DNA of 64,000 nucleotides, taken from NCBI GenBank assembly GCA_951406725.2, contig OX597814.1, positions 8,680,001 to 8,744,000 of the forward strand. The letters are read 5' to 3'. Position numbers and translations under genes: made by a program. Shown piece after piece: positions 40,615 through 53,781 of the stretch; within the stretch, counting starts at the first letter, position 1, and each line of letters starts with the position of its first letter. The stretch comes from Octopus vulgaris. Lineage: Eukaryota. A model generated the notes under the pieces. That model saw only the letters and a program-made list of their open reading frames with translations. It was not told the DNA's origin and searched no databases.

Positions 40615-41905
40615 TTACAATATCCTTAACTGGACACGAAATGAACTGACCAAAATAGACAGGAAAACAAGAAAAATAATGACAGGATCTAGGATGCATC
40701 ACCCAAAATCTGACATAGAAAGACTAGACTATATATACAACGTATAGAAGGTGGTAGAGGCCTTATACATCTGGAAAACTACTATAAAATAACCACCATA
40801 GGACTGCAAAAATATCTACTTCAGAAGGAAGGAAAACTGATCCAGATAGCAGCAAAACACGAGCAAAACAAAAAACTGTTCTCAGTATTTAAGGAAGCTG
40901 ACAAATACAAACAAGAAATCATACCACCTAATAAACATGAAGAAGAAGAAGAAGAAGAAGATGAAGAGACAACAAAAGCTATAAAAAAAATGAAATCCAC
41001 ACTAAAAATAGAACAGCAACGAACCATGATAAAACGATGGCAAGAAAAGCCCCTTCATGGTAAATACTGGACTAAACTAAACGCAAAAGAAATAGACAAA
41101 GAAAAATCCCAGCAATGGTTGAGAAGCTCAGGACTCAAAGCAGAAACAGAGGGATTTTTAATTGCAGCACAAGACCAAAGCCTCCCCACCAGAAATTACC
41201 AAAAACATGTAATGAAAAGAAATATTACAAGTAACTGCAGAATATGTGGAGATGGACAAGAAACAATAAATCATATTATCTCTAGCTGCCCAGTCCTGGC
41301 TAAGAAGGAATATATTCACAGACATGACAGAGTTGGAACTTACATACATTGGAAGCTATGCCAACATTATGGAATAACAACAGAAAAAAGATGGTATAGG
41401 CACACACCAGAAAAGGTCACAGAAAACGAGAAAGCAACCATACTCTGGGATATGCCGATACACACAGATAGAGAAATTAAGGCCAACAGACCAGATATAG
41501 TTGTCAGAGATCATGAAGAAAAAAATGCTTTCTAATTGATGTATCAGTACCGGCAGATGACAACGTGTCTCTAAAAGAAATGGAGAAACTCTCAAAATAC
41601 AAAGACCTGGAAATAGAGGTAACTAGAATGTGGAATCTGAAAACAGAAACAATTCCTATCATAGTATCATTAGGCATGATAAAAAAATATTCAGACAAAT
41701 ACATAACAAAAACACCAGGACTTACAAACACATATAACATACAGAAAATTGCACTACTAGGCACTGCACACATCCTACGCAGAACACTTTCCATACAATA
41801 ACCATCAGAGCATCACAACAAGTCACAGCACATACCCAAGGCACACAGAGCTGCGCTCGGTAGTGAAGTGAAAGCACGCTATAAAAATAAAAATAAAACT
41901 ACTGA
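40615..41905 (+). mobile_element. 5'-truncated Dong/R4-like LINE, family B
   Basis: CRICG..ETINHIISSC, RHD, RPD; (TAA)n on both sides. Confidence 0.9.
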
Positions 41906-41945
41906 ATAATAATAATGATAATAATAATAATAATAATAATGATAA

Positions 41946-44346
41946 TAAAGTTCTACCAAGAACTTGGCAAAAATAAAATAGAAATCACTGCAGCACGAAC
42001 GGCAGAAGAAGTGGAAGAATTCTGGAGAGAAATATGGTCGGCGAACGAACAACCAAAAAAAAGAAGTATCAAAATAACAAACTCGGCATCTGAACAACTT
42101 TGGACCCCCATAACAACTGAAGAGGTCACCCAGGCACTGCAAAGACTAAGCAACTGGAAGGCACATGGGCATCACAAGATCCCCAACTTCTGGTTGAAAT
42201 ATCTAACAGGAATGCACAAAAAATGGCTGAAAACTTTAACAAGATACTAGCAGAGCCAGAGACAATGCCTGAATGGCTCACGAAGGGGAAAACCATCTTA
42301 ATTCCCAAATCAAATGAGACAGCAAAACCACAAGACTACAGACCAATAACCTGTCTCCCTACAATGTACAAGGCATTTACTGCAGTGATATCGCAAAGGC
42401 TGGACAAGCACCTGGACGAAAACAAACTGTTCCCAGAAGAGCAGAAAGGATGCCGCAAAGGCTCATATGGCTGTAAAGATCAACTAATGATTAATAAAGC
42501 CGTAACTGAAGACAGCCACAGAAAGAAGAAAGGCCTCAGTATGGCCTGGATCGACTACAAAAAGGCGTTTGATAGTATCCCCCACACATGGATCCTCGAA
42601 ACACTAGCCATTAACAAAGTAGCACCAACAATTATAAAATTCATAGGGCACTCTATGAATAAATGGCAAACAGTGCTACAGCTCCAAACAAAAGAGGGAC
42701 TCATTGGAAACCAAAGCCATCCCCTTTAGAAGAGGAATATTCCAGGGAGACACGCTCTCTCCACTCCTTTTCTGCTTGGCACTGTCACCTCTATCTGATA
42801 TGCTAAATAGAACTGGATGCGATATAAATGTTACGGCAAAACGATCAGCCACCTTTTATATATGGATGACCTAAAACTATACGCTGCAAATGACAAACAG
42901 CTGGAAACACTATTAAAGACAGTTCATGGATTTACCAAAGAAACAGATATGAAATTTGGATTAGAAAAATGCGCCAAAGTAACCATGAAAAGAGAAAAAC
43001 TAGTTAAGAGTAGCAACATCACACTAGATAAAACCAATGAAATAAAAGAATTAGACCAAAGCCAAACTTACAAATACTTAGGAATCCATGAACTAGATAA
43101 GACACAACACACACAAATGAAAGAGAAAATAAAAAAGAATATTATAGACGAGTTAGATCAATACTAAAAACAGAGCTCAATGCTAAAAACAAGATAATAG
43201 GTATTAACACTTTAGCTGTCCCAGTTATAAGTTACAGCTACAATATTCTTAACTGGACACTAAATGAACTTACCAAAATAGATAGGAAAACAAGAAAAAT
43301 AACGACAGGATCTAGGATGCATCACCCAAAATCTGACAAGGAAGCTGACAAATGCAAACAAGAAATCATACCACCTAATAAATATGAAAAAGAAGAAGAA
43401 GAAGAAGATGAAGAAACAACAAAAACTATAAAACAAATGAAATTCAAACTAAAAATAGAACAGCAACGAACCATGATAAAACGATTGCAAGAAAAGCCCC
43501 TTCATGGTAAATACTGGACTAAACTAAACGCAAAAGAAATAGACAAAGAAAAATCCCAGCAATGGTTGAGAAGCTTAGGACTCAAAGCAGAGACAGAGGG
43601 ATTTTTAATTGCAGCACAAGACCAAAGCCTCCCCACCAGAAATTACCAAAAACATGTAATGAAAAGAAATATAACAAGTAACTGCGGAATATGTGGAGAT
43701 GGACAAGAAACAATAAATCATATTATCTCTAGCTGCCCAGTCCTGGCTAAGAAGGAATATATTCACAGACATGACAGAGTTGGAACCTACATACATTGGA
43801 AGCTATGCCAACATTATGGAATAACAACAGAAAAAAGATGCTATAGGCACACACCAGAAAAGGTCACAGAAAACGAGAAAGCAACCATACTCTGGGATAT
43901 GCCAATACACACAGATAGAGAAATTAAGGCCAACAGACCAGATATAGTTGTCAGAGATCATGAAGAAAAAAATGCTTTCTAATTGATGTATCAATATCGG
44001 CAGATGACAACGTGTCTCTAAAAGAAATGGAGAAACTCTCAAAATACAAAGACCTGGAAATAGAGGTAACCAGAATGTGGAATCTAAAAACAGAAACAAT
44101 TCCTATCATAGTAGGTGAATTAGGCATGATAAAAAATATTCAGACAAATACATAACAAAAACACCAGGACTTACAAACACATATAACATACAGAAAATTG
44201 CACTACTAGGCACTGCACACATCCTACGCAGAACACTTTCCATACAATAACCATCAGAGCATCACAACAAGTCACAGCACATACCCAAGGCACACAGAGC
44301 TGCGCTCAGTAGTGAAGTGAAAGCACGCTATAAAAATAAAACTACG

Positions 44347-44348
<2 letters not shown>
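41946..44348 (+). mobile_element. 5'-truncated Dong/R4-like LINE, family B (RT, CCHC, RLE; internal deletion at ~43335)
   Basis: DYRPITCL, WIDYKKAFD, LYMDDLKL, YKYLG; same 3' UTR and (TAA)n tail. Confidence 0.9.
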
Positions 44349-44378
<30 letters not shown>

Positions 44379-44379
44379 T

Positions 44380-44836
44380 TGATATGACTGTCCCAATTGA
44401 TATAAATGTATCTGTCAAGACCTATCAAAAACTGAGCAAATATAAAGATCTTGAAATAGAAATCAGCAAAATGTGGAACCTGAAGGCTAAAACAATACCT
44501 GTTGTTATAGGTGCCCTGAGAATGATAGCAAAAGGGGCTGATTGCTACCTAACTCAGATACAAGGAAACCCAAAAATGGCAGAAATTCAAAAATGGTGCT
44601 CATGGGAACTGCTCATATCCTATGCGAAATACTTTCTGTGTAATCTCAAGTTTTAAAACAAACATAATTTTCGTATGGTTTTTTAGACATTCACTAGTAC
44701 AACACTAAGTACAAAACCAAATATATGGCACCCTAGGCATAACACCAACATGAACTTCCAACTTGTTGTCTCTTGAGGTCCCTGGGTGAGACTTGGAGCC
44801 GACTTGTACAAATGTGAAGCAAAAGTCAAACATAGA
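44380..44836 (+). mobile_element. Short 3' fragment of a third Dong/R4-like family
   Basis: IDMTVP..KLSKYKDLEIE..IPVVIGAL; different 3' UTR; (TAA)n on both sides. Confidence 0.75.
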
Positions 44837-45503
44837 ATAATAATAATAATAATAATAATGATAATAATCATCGTTTTAATGTTTCCTTTTCCATGCTTCA
44901 GGTGGAATTGGTTGAGGCAAATTTTCTATGTCTAAGTGACATTCCTATCACCTACCCCCACACCAAGGAAGCTAATATTGCCCATGGCCAGACATGTCTT
45001 CATTGTAGACTGGAAACGGATGACACTGCTTGTATGATGGTGATCCTTGTTTACAAATGTCATGTGCTTAAAAGATAAAAAGATACTGACACGGTCACAC
45101 ACACACTAACATGCATGTATATGTACAAACATATACATATATATGTGCATATACATACATATACATATATGTATGTATGTATATATTAATTTTATTCTGA
45201 TATAGGATAAAATTTTTTCAAAAGAAATTCCATCAAGTGTCCAGCATATTAAAGTACTTTTAAGGTGAAAATTATAAACAATTATAAATAATGGCATAAG
45301 GAAAATCATTCTATGCCAATAGGCTAAGAAATAGACTTTAAATCATCAATCACCACATACAATATACATCACTATAAAATAAACATTGTGCTGAATTGAG
45401 TCAGCACAATGTGTATTTTATATGCATATGTGTGTGTGTGTGTGGTGATTGATGATTTAAATCTATTAGCATATTGACTTTTTTTCCTTATGCCCTTATA
45501 ATT

Positions 45504-45546
<43 letters not shown>

Positions 45547-45829
45547 CACACACACAATGTGCATGCCACTTTAAAAGCACTAGTGTTGGTGCCATATGAA
45601 AAGCCTCCGATATACTTCGTGGAGTGGTGGCCATTAGGAAGGGCACATAGACATAGAAAGCAAACCAAAACAGACAATGGAGGCTGGTGCAGCCCCTGGC
45701 CTTACCAGTTTTCAGTCAAACTGTCCAACCCATGCCAGCATAGAAAATGTGTTTTAAATAATGATGATGATGATGATGATGATGATGTGGGTATGGACAG
45801 TATTTATTTCCAGGGTGACTGTTTCAGAA

Positions 45830-46880
45830 AGAAATAAAACAATGTTTTTATTAGCAAAGTAACTAGTTGTAAAACCTCAAGAAGCAATAGAAAGTAGCTG
45901 ATATTCTGATGCTGCACCAATGACCAGCTGGTGAAAGATCTGCCTAGTGTTAAACTAGTAGTAACATGGAGCGGCCACTTTAATGTGGCAATGAACTTCA
46001 GTGTTTCTATTTTTGGAGATATATTCATCAAATTTGGGTCAGTTTGTCTTCATGACATGTTCTGTTGATTTCAAATGATGAACCTGCCTTTGATCTCAAT
46101 GACTGCCTCCAAGCAACCTCAGATCTGGTCGCAGGACTTTGTCACTATCTCCCAAGCTGTAGCATCTTGCTGCAACACATACAGCATCCCTGCAGCTAAC
46201 TGGTTAATCCATAGCTTCCCTGCTTTGCTCAGAACACGGATGTAGCCGTCAGTGTTCAGCCTGAGGCTCTCAGGGAAGAAGTAGGGTGGCACGATATCAC
46301 CTTCACTGCTAATAACACCAAAGTCCATGACTGCTGCTGGAAATGTCTTCTGCATTCCTCTTGGATGAGACAGTAAGTCACCTCTTGTTCTGGGAGTTGG
46401 TCTTCAGGTCTTGGCAGAAATTCTCTTCTCATCAGAGAAGCACCACAACATGTCTCACTCCAGCAGCTGTTTCAACTTGTTGATCAACTTCTTGGTGTGT
46501 TTCAGTCACTTTCCCTGAATTGTCTTTGACAGAAATTGTCCCTTCTTCATCTTGTATGAAAAGTAGTGAATATTCTTCAGCAGCACCAGCCTGATGATCT
46601 TTTCATTCACACCTTTCTACCATGTAACGGCACTGATTCAACTGCTGGGATCATTGTTGATGATCTCCTAAATTCCAGCATTCTGGAATTATGGGTTTTA
46701 CTCACTGCTGTCACCTCATAGTTGAATCCTGTATCTTCCAGCACCTTTCTGACATTCTCCACCATCCTTCTACTGACGTTGAGGATGTCTGAAATCTTGT
46801 TTGTCTTTCTATCATGGATTCCAAGCAGAACTCCTTGCCTCCTCCACAAATGGGGGTGGTTCAAAATTTTCCATAGTCAA
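45830..46880 (-). mobile_element. Decayed Tc1/mariner-superfamily transposase, probably DD37D/maT-like
   Basis: Minus-strand WCFSDE, VMDFGVISSEG..P.FF...N...Y, YVLQQD; ends not resolved. Confidence 0.7.
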
Positions 46881-47321
46881 TTATTTGGCAAAAAATAAAT
46901 TTAAAAATGGTTACTGTATTTTTAAAAGAAAACGACTGACAATGAAAGCCAAACAACATATATGTGAAATTAACAGTCAAAAACTGCAAACAAATACTGT
47001 TCAAAATTTGTATATATATATATAAATATAATACATATATAATACTGTGGTGTGATGGTGAAGGAGTGTGACGGAATGGGGGGGAGCGGAAGTGGGGCTT
47101 GCAGGTCTTGCAGGGCGCATGCGCCGGCGGAAGCGGAAGTGACAGACAGAACGCACGTGCGGCATTGACCAGTTGCGCCAGACACGACGAAGACACTGAG
47201 AAGACACGACGCTAGCGAGTTGGCTAAAGGCGATCCGAGTTCATCCCCGGCCAGGTAAGACCCAATTACATTTCCATTCCTTTCCTTGTTCTGCTGTACT
47301 CTTTTCACCATCCATACTACA

Positions 47322-47333
47322 AGCTATTTCGGC
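47322..47333 (+). promoter_or_regulatory. Atypical primer-binding site AGCTATTTCGGC, complementary to tRNA-Phe nt 1-12
   Basis: Abuts the 5' LTR end; no TGG; reverse complement GCCGAAATAGCT equals the 5' end of metazoan tRNA-Phe(GAA) as recalled. Confidence 0.7.
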
Positions 47334-47373
47334 AAATAATCACTCGGTTTCGTAAAAATAAAAATAGAAAATT

Positions 47374-50300
47374 ATGCAGAGTACTATGATTTCACGCGAG
47401 CCTATAACACCGTTTTGCAGCGACACCGATGTGGTCGCTTGGTTGAAGAGGGTAAAATTGGTGGCGAAGCTACACGGTATAGCTGACCTGGCTAGTTTTA
47501 TGCCGTTGTATTTGGATGGCCCGGCGTTGGCGTTATATCTAGAGATGGAGGAGACGGACCAACTCAGTGCAGATAAAGTGGAGATCCGACTTATGGAGGC
47601 CTTCGCGGAAGGAATGTTTGAAGCGTACGCTCGGCTGGGTAGAATGAGGTGGACCGGACAACAGGTGGACGTGTTCGCCGGTGAGCTTAGAAGGTTGGCT
47701 AAACTGGCGGGATATGAGGGAGAGTCACTAGAACGGACGGTTAGGTTAGCGTTCGTGACCGGCTTTCCCGACATTATGTCGGTCGAGCTACAGAAGCTCC
47801 CGAACGTGCGTTCGATGCCGATGGCTGATATCATATCGTGGGCACGTGTACTGGTTTCGTGCAGCAGGTTGACGTCGGTAGCAGCGACTGTAATGTTGAA
47901 AAGTGGCCCAGCTAGGAGCAACAGAGAGGGGCTGGGGAAAGAACGCGTGCGATCGTTCAAAGGACAGTGTTTCCGGTGCCAAGGCCCACACATGGTCCAT
48001 GACTGCGCGTCGCCCAAGCCTGAGGTGATTTGCTACCGGTGTCGAGAGCCGGGGCATGTAGCCAGCAAGTGTCTGTGGGGAAACGGACCGCGGGAGACTA
48101 CTGCGCGTTTATCATCGTTACCTGTGGTCAACATTCTGGTGAAGGGGAAGATGTCGTGAGCCCTGGTGGACACGGGCTGTACGACGACCCTGATGACCAC
48201 AGAAGTGGCAGAGATGTGGAGTGGAGGAAGCAGTGTTAGGGCAGTTGACGGAAGAGAAGTTCACTGTGAAGGGGTTACGGATGCGCAGATTGTGGTGCAG
48301 GGACTGCAGCTGACGTTGCGAGCGATTGTGGTCGGTCACTTGGTGGACGAGATCGACGTGGGGATGGGGATGGATGCAATCACCCGTTTGGGAGGTGTCA
48401 CCGTCAACAAGGCTGGCGTAACGTTTGGGTTAGCGGGGAAGCCGTGTAGGGCGAGACCACGCACCGACGACAACCGTGAGGAAAAGGATGCGGTGCACAC
48501 CATTGAAGACCAGGATTTTCGGGCTGTCTTTGATGGCAAGAGGTGGACAGTGGAGTGGCACTGGAAGGGAGAGCCCCCAATGTTAAAGAACAAAGTGGGC
48601 TGCTATCAGCATACTCTAAAAGGAGATGCCAGAAGTGAGTTCGAGGGGGAGGTGGAGCGGTGGATTAAGGAGGGCATACTGATCCCCTGGGAAAAAGAAG
48701 AGAGCGGAGTCCTGCCACTGATGGCGGTGATACAGCCCACAAAGCGTAAGGTCAGGCTAGTGCTCGACTTCCGAGAGCTGAATGACCACGTGTCGTGTCA
48801 TACAGGCGGTGAGGCCACGGATGTCTGTGGAGACACCTTGCGAGAGTGGAGGCAGACGGCGGGGGCCTCCACGATTGTCGATTTAAAGTCAGCATACCTT
48901 CAGGTGCATGTGGCTGAGAAACTATGGAAGTACCAGCTCGTCAGGTATAGGGGCCGGACGTCCTGTCTGACCAGGTTGGGATTCGGGCTGAATTCAGCGC
49001 CGAAGATTATGGCAACAATTCTCAAGGCCATCCTGGGGAAGGTGGACAGAGTAAAAAGGGCCACCAATTCATACATCGACGACATTCTGGTGGATGAAAC
49101 CGTGATTCCAGCAACGGAGGTCATAGGCCACCTGAAGAGTTTTGGACTGATCGCCAAGCCGCCAGAGGCTATGGAGGGAGGTGCTGCACTGGGCCTCAAG
49201 CTATGGAGAGACAAGACCGGCGCCTTGGTGTTCCGGCGAGGGAATGAGGTCCCTGAACTGGGCGCCAGCATGAGTAGACGGGAACTGTTCTCTGTGTGTG
49301 GGAAGCTGGTGGGACACTACCTGATTGCAGGCTGGCTCCGGACAGCATGTAGCTTCATCAAGAGATGAGCCGAAGGAGTGAAGTGGAATGATAAAGTGGG
49401 GGAGAGGACAATCGACATGATGCAGGAAGTCCTGGTCAGAGTAGGAGCAGAGGACCCGGTGAGGGGCAGCTGGTATGTTCCCAAATCAAAGAGCGGGATC
49501 GTATGGTGTGACGCCAGTAGCATCGCAATAGGGGTCGTCTTGGAAGTGGGAGGTGTCACGGTGGAAGATGCAGCCTGGCTCAGGAAGATGGATGACTGCA
49601 ATCACATCAACGTGGCGGAGTTGGAAGCCGTGCTGAAGGGGGTGAACCTAGCCTTGAAGTGGGGGTTGCACACCATAGAAATCAGGACTGATTCAGCCAC
49701 TGTACTTGGTTGGGCGACAGCAGTCATCACCGATGAGCGGAGGGTGCGGACCAAAGGGGTTGCAGAGATGCTGGTAAAGCGTCGATTAGGAATACTGCGT
49801 GAACTAACCACTGAGTTCAATCTGAAGCTGAGCGTGATCTTTGTGCCTTCCGAGAAGAACAGGGCAGACGTCCTGACCAGGGTAAAGCGAGCCTGGTTGC
49901 AGGTGCCAGAGGATGCGAAGCAGGATGTAGCTGCAGTATGCCATCTGAGCGACTCGGAGTTACGGAGACTGCACACCATGCATCACATGGGTGTGGACAG
50001 GACATTGTTCCTAGCCAGAAAAGTCGACTCCGATGTAACAAGACAGAGCGTGCGGAGAGTGGTTAGCAGTTGTGACAGGTGCCAGTCCAACGACCCTGCT
50101 CCGGTCGTGCATGAAGCGGGAAGTATTCCAGTGGACCAGGACTAGAGACGACTGGCGGTGGACATAACACACTACCGGTAGGGGACATACCTCTCAATGG
50201 TTGACTGCGGACCGGGGCGGTTCGCCATATGGAGGGAGATGAAGTCGGGAACCGCAGAAGAAATTGTGAAAGTGTTGAATGAGATATTCCTGGAACGAGG

Positions 50301-50958
50301 CCCCGTGGATGAACTGCTTCTGGACAACGGCACTGCATTTCGCTCGGATGTGCTGAGAGAAATGCTTGATGAGTGGAAGGTCAACCGCTTCTTCAGGGCG
50401 ACATACCGGCCAAGTGGAAACAGGGTGGTGGAAAGGCATCATCGTACCATCAAGGCCATGGCAGAGAGGGGTCACATTTCACCAGTCGAGGCCGTGTTTT
50501 GGTACAATATGTCGCCCAGATCAGGACAGGCTGAGGAGTCGGTACCACACAGGGCAATATTCAGGTACGAGTGGAGGCATCCGTGTACTACATCAATGCG
50601 ACCCGAGGCAGAGGAAGAGCACGCCTTCGTGCAGGTCGGGGAGGAAGTCTGGGTAAAACCCCCAAACGCACGGTGTACATCGCAATGGGGAAAGGGGACA
50701 ATAACCTCCGTAAATTCAAAGAATAACATCTCGGTCGATGGTATGCCACGCCACGTTTTGGACATACGGAGGATTGTCCATGCCCCAGAGGATGGGACAA
50801 GCAACAGTGGGCAAGACGAAAACAACAGACAGGATGACGAGGTCGGCAGCAACACACCAGAAACAAGTCCTAGGGTCACTCTGCGACCACAGAGGGAGCG
50901 GCACCCTCCTCCCTGGTTGGCTGATTATGAAACCAGTTTCAGGTGCGGGAGCGAGTGA
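47374..50958 (+). pseudogene. Single-frame gag-pol with three in-frame stops
   Basis: Two CCHC knuckles, LVDTG protease, DLKSAY and YIDD RT, CDAS..ELEA..TDS..NRAD RNase H, HHCC and D,D,E integrase; stops at 48157, 49366 and 50143 all in one frame. Confidence 0.92.
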
Positions 50959-51291
50959 GGAAGCCGGTTCAGTGATCTATAGATCAGGGGGGCGTATGGT
51001 GTGATGGTGAAGGAGTGTGACGGAATGGGGGGAGCGGAAGTGGGGCTTGCAGGTCTTGCAGGGCGCATGTGCCGGCGGAAGCGGAAGTGACAGACAGAAC
51101 GCACGTGCGGCATTGACCAGTTGCGCCAGACACGACGAAGACACAGAGAAGACACGACGCTAGCGAGTTGGCTAAAGGCGATCCGAGTTCATCCCCGGCC
51201 AGGTAAGACCCAATTACATTTCCATTCCTTTCCTTGTTCTGCTGTACTCTTTTCACCATCCATACTACAAATACAAATACAAATATATATA

Positions 51292-51458
51292 TATCTGTAG
51301 AAGTAATATGTGACAATTATTCGGTAGCCAAGATAAAACTCCGAGTTTCGGATACCGAGGTGGAAATCCATGCCACCATCTCTTCGGTTATCCGGCCATC
51401 CGAAACTCAGAGTTTTATCTTGGCTACCGAATAATTGTCACATATTACTTTTACAGAT
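51292..51458. repeat. Fold-back cassette with ~62-bp arms containing a hammerhead-like motif (51332-51392, minus)
   Basis: Arms tatctgtagaagtaat...gtttcggat / atccgaaac...ttttacagata; minus strand GATAA-CCGAAGA-GAT..ATC-CGAAA-CTCGGAG-TT-TTATC; same family as 16206. Confidence 0.75.
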
Positions 51459-51554
51459 AATTTCCTCTATTTACATAATATCGAGATCTCTTTCTTTCTT
51501 TTGTTATCTTACCGTTTTTATCAATAATATATATATATAAATATAATACATATA

Positions 51555-53692
51555 TCATCATCATCATCATCATCATCGTTTAACGTCCGCTTTCCAAGCT
51601 AGCATGGGTTAGATGGTTTGACTGTGGGCTGGCGAACCAGATGGCTGCACCAGGCTCCAGTCTTGAACTGGCAGAGTTGCTACAGCTGGATGCCCTTCCT
51701 AATGCCAACCACTCTGAGAGTGTAGTGGGTGCTTTTATGTGCTGCTGATACAGGGACCAGTCAGGTGGTACTGGCAACGACCTCGCACGAATTTTTTTTT
51801 TTTTTACACATGCCAACAACAAAGGTGCCAGTAAGGTGATGCTGGTAATGATCCTGCTCGAATGGTGCCTCTTACATGCCACTGGCACGGAAGTCAATTA
51901 GTCGCTCTGGGAATGATCACGCTCAGATGGTGCTCTTAGCACCCTACTAGCATGACCAACAAGTAGCAGTAAGGCGAAGTTGGTAATGATCACACTCGAA
52001 TGGTGCCTTTTATGTGCCACTGGTATGGAAACCAGTTAGCCGCTCTGTCAACAATCACACTCGTATGGTGCTTGTGCCCATCATCAAATTTCACTTTGAT
52101 TTTGATTTCGATTTCACTTGCCTCAACAGGATTTCACGAGCTGAGTTTAGTGTCCAAAGAAGGAAAGGGTATGCACAAGTGGGTTGGTTACACCCCTAAC
52201 ATAGACCACAAAGTTATGGTCTCATTTGGCTTGCCGGGTCTTTTCAAACACAGCATATTTCCAGAGGTCTCGGTCACTAGTCATTTCCTTGGTAAGTCCG
52301 AAAGTTCAAAGGTCGTGCTTCACCACTTCATCCCAGGTCTTCCTGGATCTACCTCTTCCACAGGTTCCCTCAACTGCTAGGGTGTAGCACTTTCTCACAC
52401 AGCTATCCACATCCATTCTCGTCACATGACCATACCAGCACAGTCGCCTCTCTTGCACACCACATCTAATGCTTCTTAGGTCCAACTTTTCTCTCGAGGT
52501 ACTTACACCCTGTTGAGTATGCACACTGACATTACACATCCATCGAATCATACTGGCTTCATTCCTTGCGAGCTTACACATGTTCTCAGCAGTCACAGCC
52601 CATGTTTCACTACCATGTAGCATGGCTGTTCATAAACATGCGTCATACAGTCTATCTTTTACTCTGAGTGAGAGGCCCTTTGTCACCAAGCTATTCTTAT
52701 TCTAGCAGCTACACTTTCAGAGCACCCTCCCCCGCTACCGACTTGGTCACCTAGGTAACAGAAGCTATCGACTACTTCTAGTTTTTCTCCCTGAAATGTG
52801 GCGGAAGCTGTTCTCTGTGCATTGTCAGTGTTTATTGCACCCGAGCATCTGCCACATACAAAAACTATCTTCCTAGTTAGCCTTCCTTTGACATTGCTGC
52901 ACATCTTATGTGTCCATAGCTTATACTTGGTGCATCTTATAGAGTTTCTACCTACGCCTTTTCTACAGATCAAACAGGGCCATCTACCTGAAGGCGTTTG
53001 TGGTTTGCCTGCCTTACAACTTATTAGGACTTTGGTTTTAGCCAAGTTGATTCTAAGGCCCTTCGATTCGAATCCTTGTTTCCACACTTGAAACTTCTTC
53101 TCTAATTCTGATAGTGACTCGACTCAGTAATTAGAGCAAGGTCATCAGCATAGAGGAGCTCCCAGGGGCATCTTGTCTTAAATTCCTCCATTATTGCCTG
53201 GAGGACAATGATAAATAGGAGGGGGCTGAGGACTGAACCTTGGTGGACCCCAACCTCTACCCTGAATTCTTCAGTATACTCGTTGCCAACCCTCACCTTA
53301 CTGGCAGCAACCCTGTACATGGCTTGCACGGCTCTCACTAAACATTCATCTATCCCTAGTTTCCTCACTGACTACCAGATCAGGGATCGGGGGATCCTAT
53401 CAAAGGCTTTCTCCATGTCAACGAAAGCAAGGTACAGGAGCTTATCTTTGGCCAGGTATTTCTCTTGCAGCTGTCTTACCAGAAATATAGCATCAGTGGT
53501 GCTTTTCCCTTGCACGAAACCAAACTGCATCTCATCCAAACTGACACTCTCCCTAATTAGTTGTGCTATGACCCTCTCCGTGACCTTCATTACCTGATCC
53601 AACAGCTTGTACCTCTGTAAATATTTGTATCTAAAGCATCACCTTTACCTTTGTAGCAGTTGACTATTATGCTGCTACACCAGTTATTGGGT
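51555..53692 (-). mobile_element. 5'-truncated RTE-clade LINE copy 3
   Basis: QFGF, DMEKAFD, HQGSVLSPLLF, LYADDL, PHD-like insert, 3' UTR and (ATG)n tail. Confidence 0.9.
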
Positions 53693-53781
53693 AAATAAGA
53701 AAATGGAGAAACAAATTTAGTTTGTTCATCAACTTATGGATATTATAATGTTAGATTATTTATTCATTTTACAAATGAGAA

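Larger units (their letters stand above)
47046..51269 (+). mobile_element. Complete young Ty3/Gypsy LTR retrotransposon (4224 bp)
   Basis: LTRs 47046-47321 and 50995-51269 differ by 3 substitutions and 1 indel by eye; 5-bp TSD AATAC; PPT AGGGGGG; domain order gag-PR-RT-RH-IN. Confidence 0.97.

Noticed and set aside
48157-48159. Programmed gag-pol stop readthrough
   Set aside because: The stop falls inside the protease just before ALVDTG and looks like CGA>TGA decay, as does the stop at 49366.
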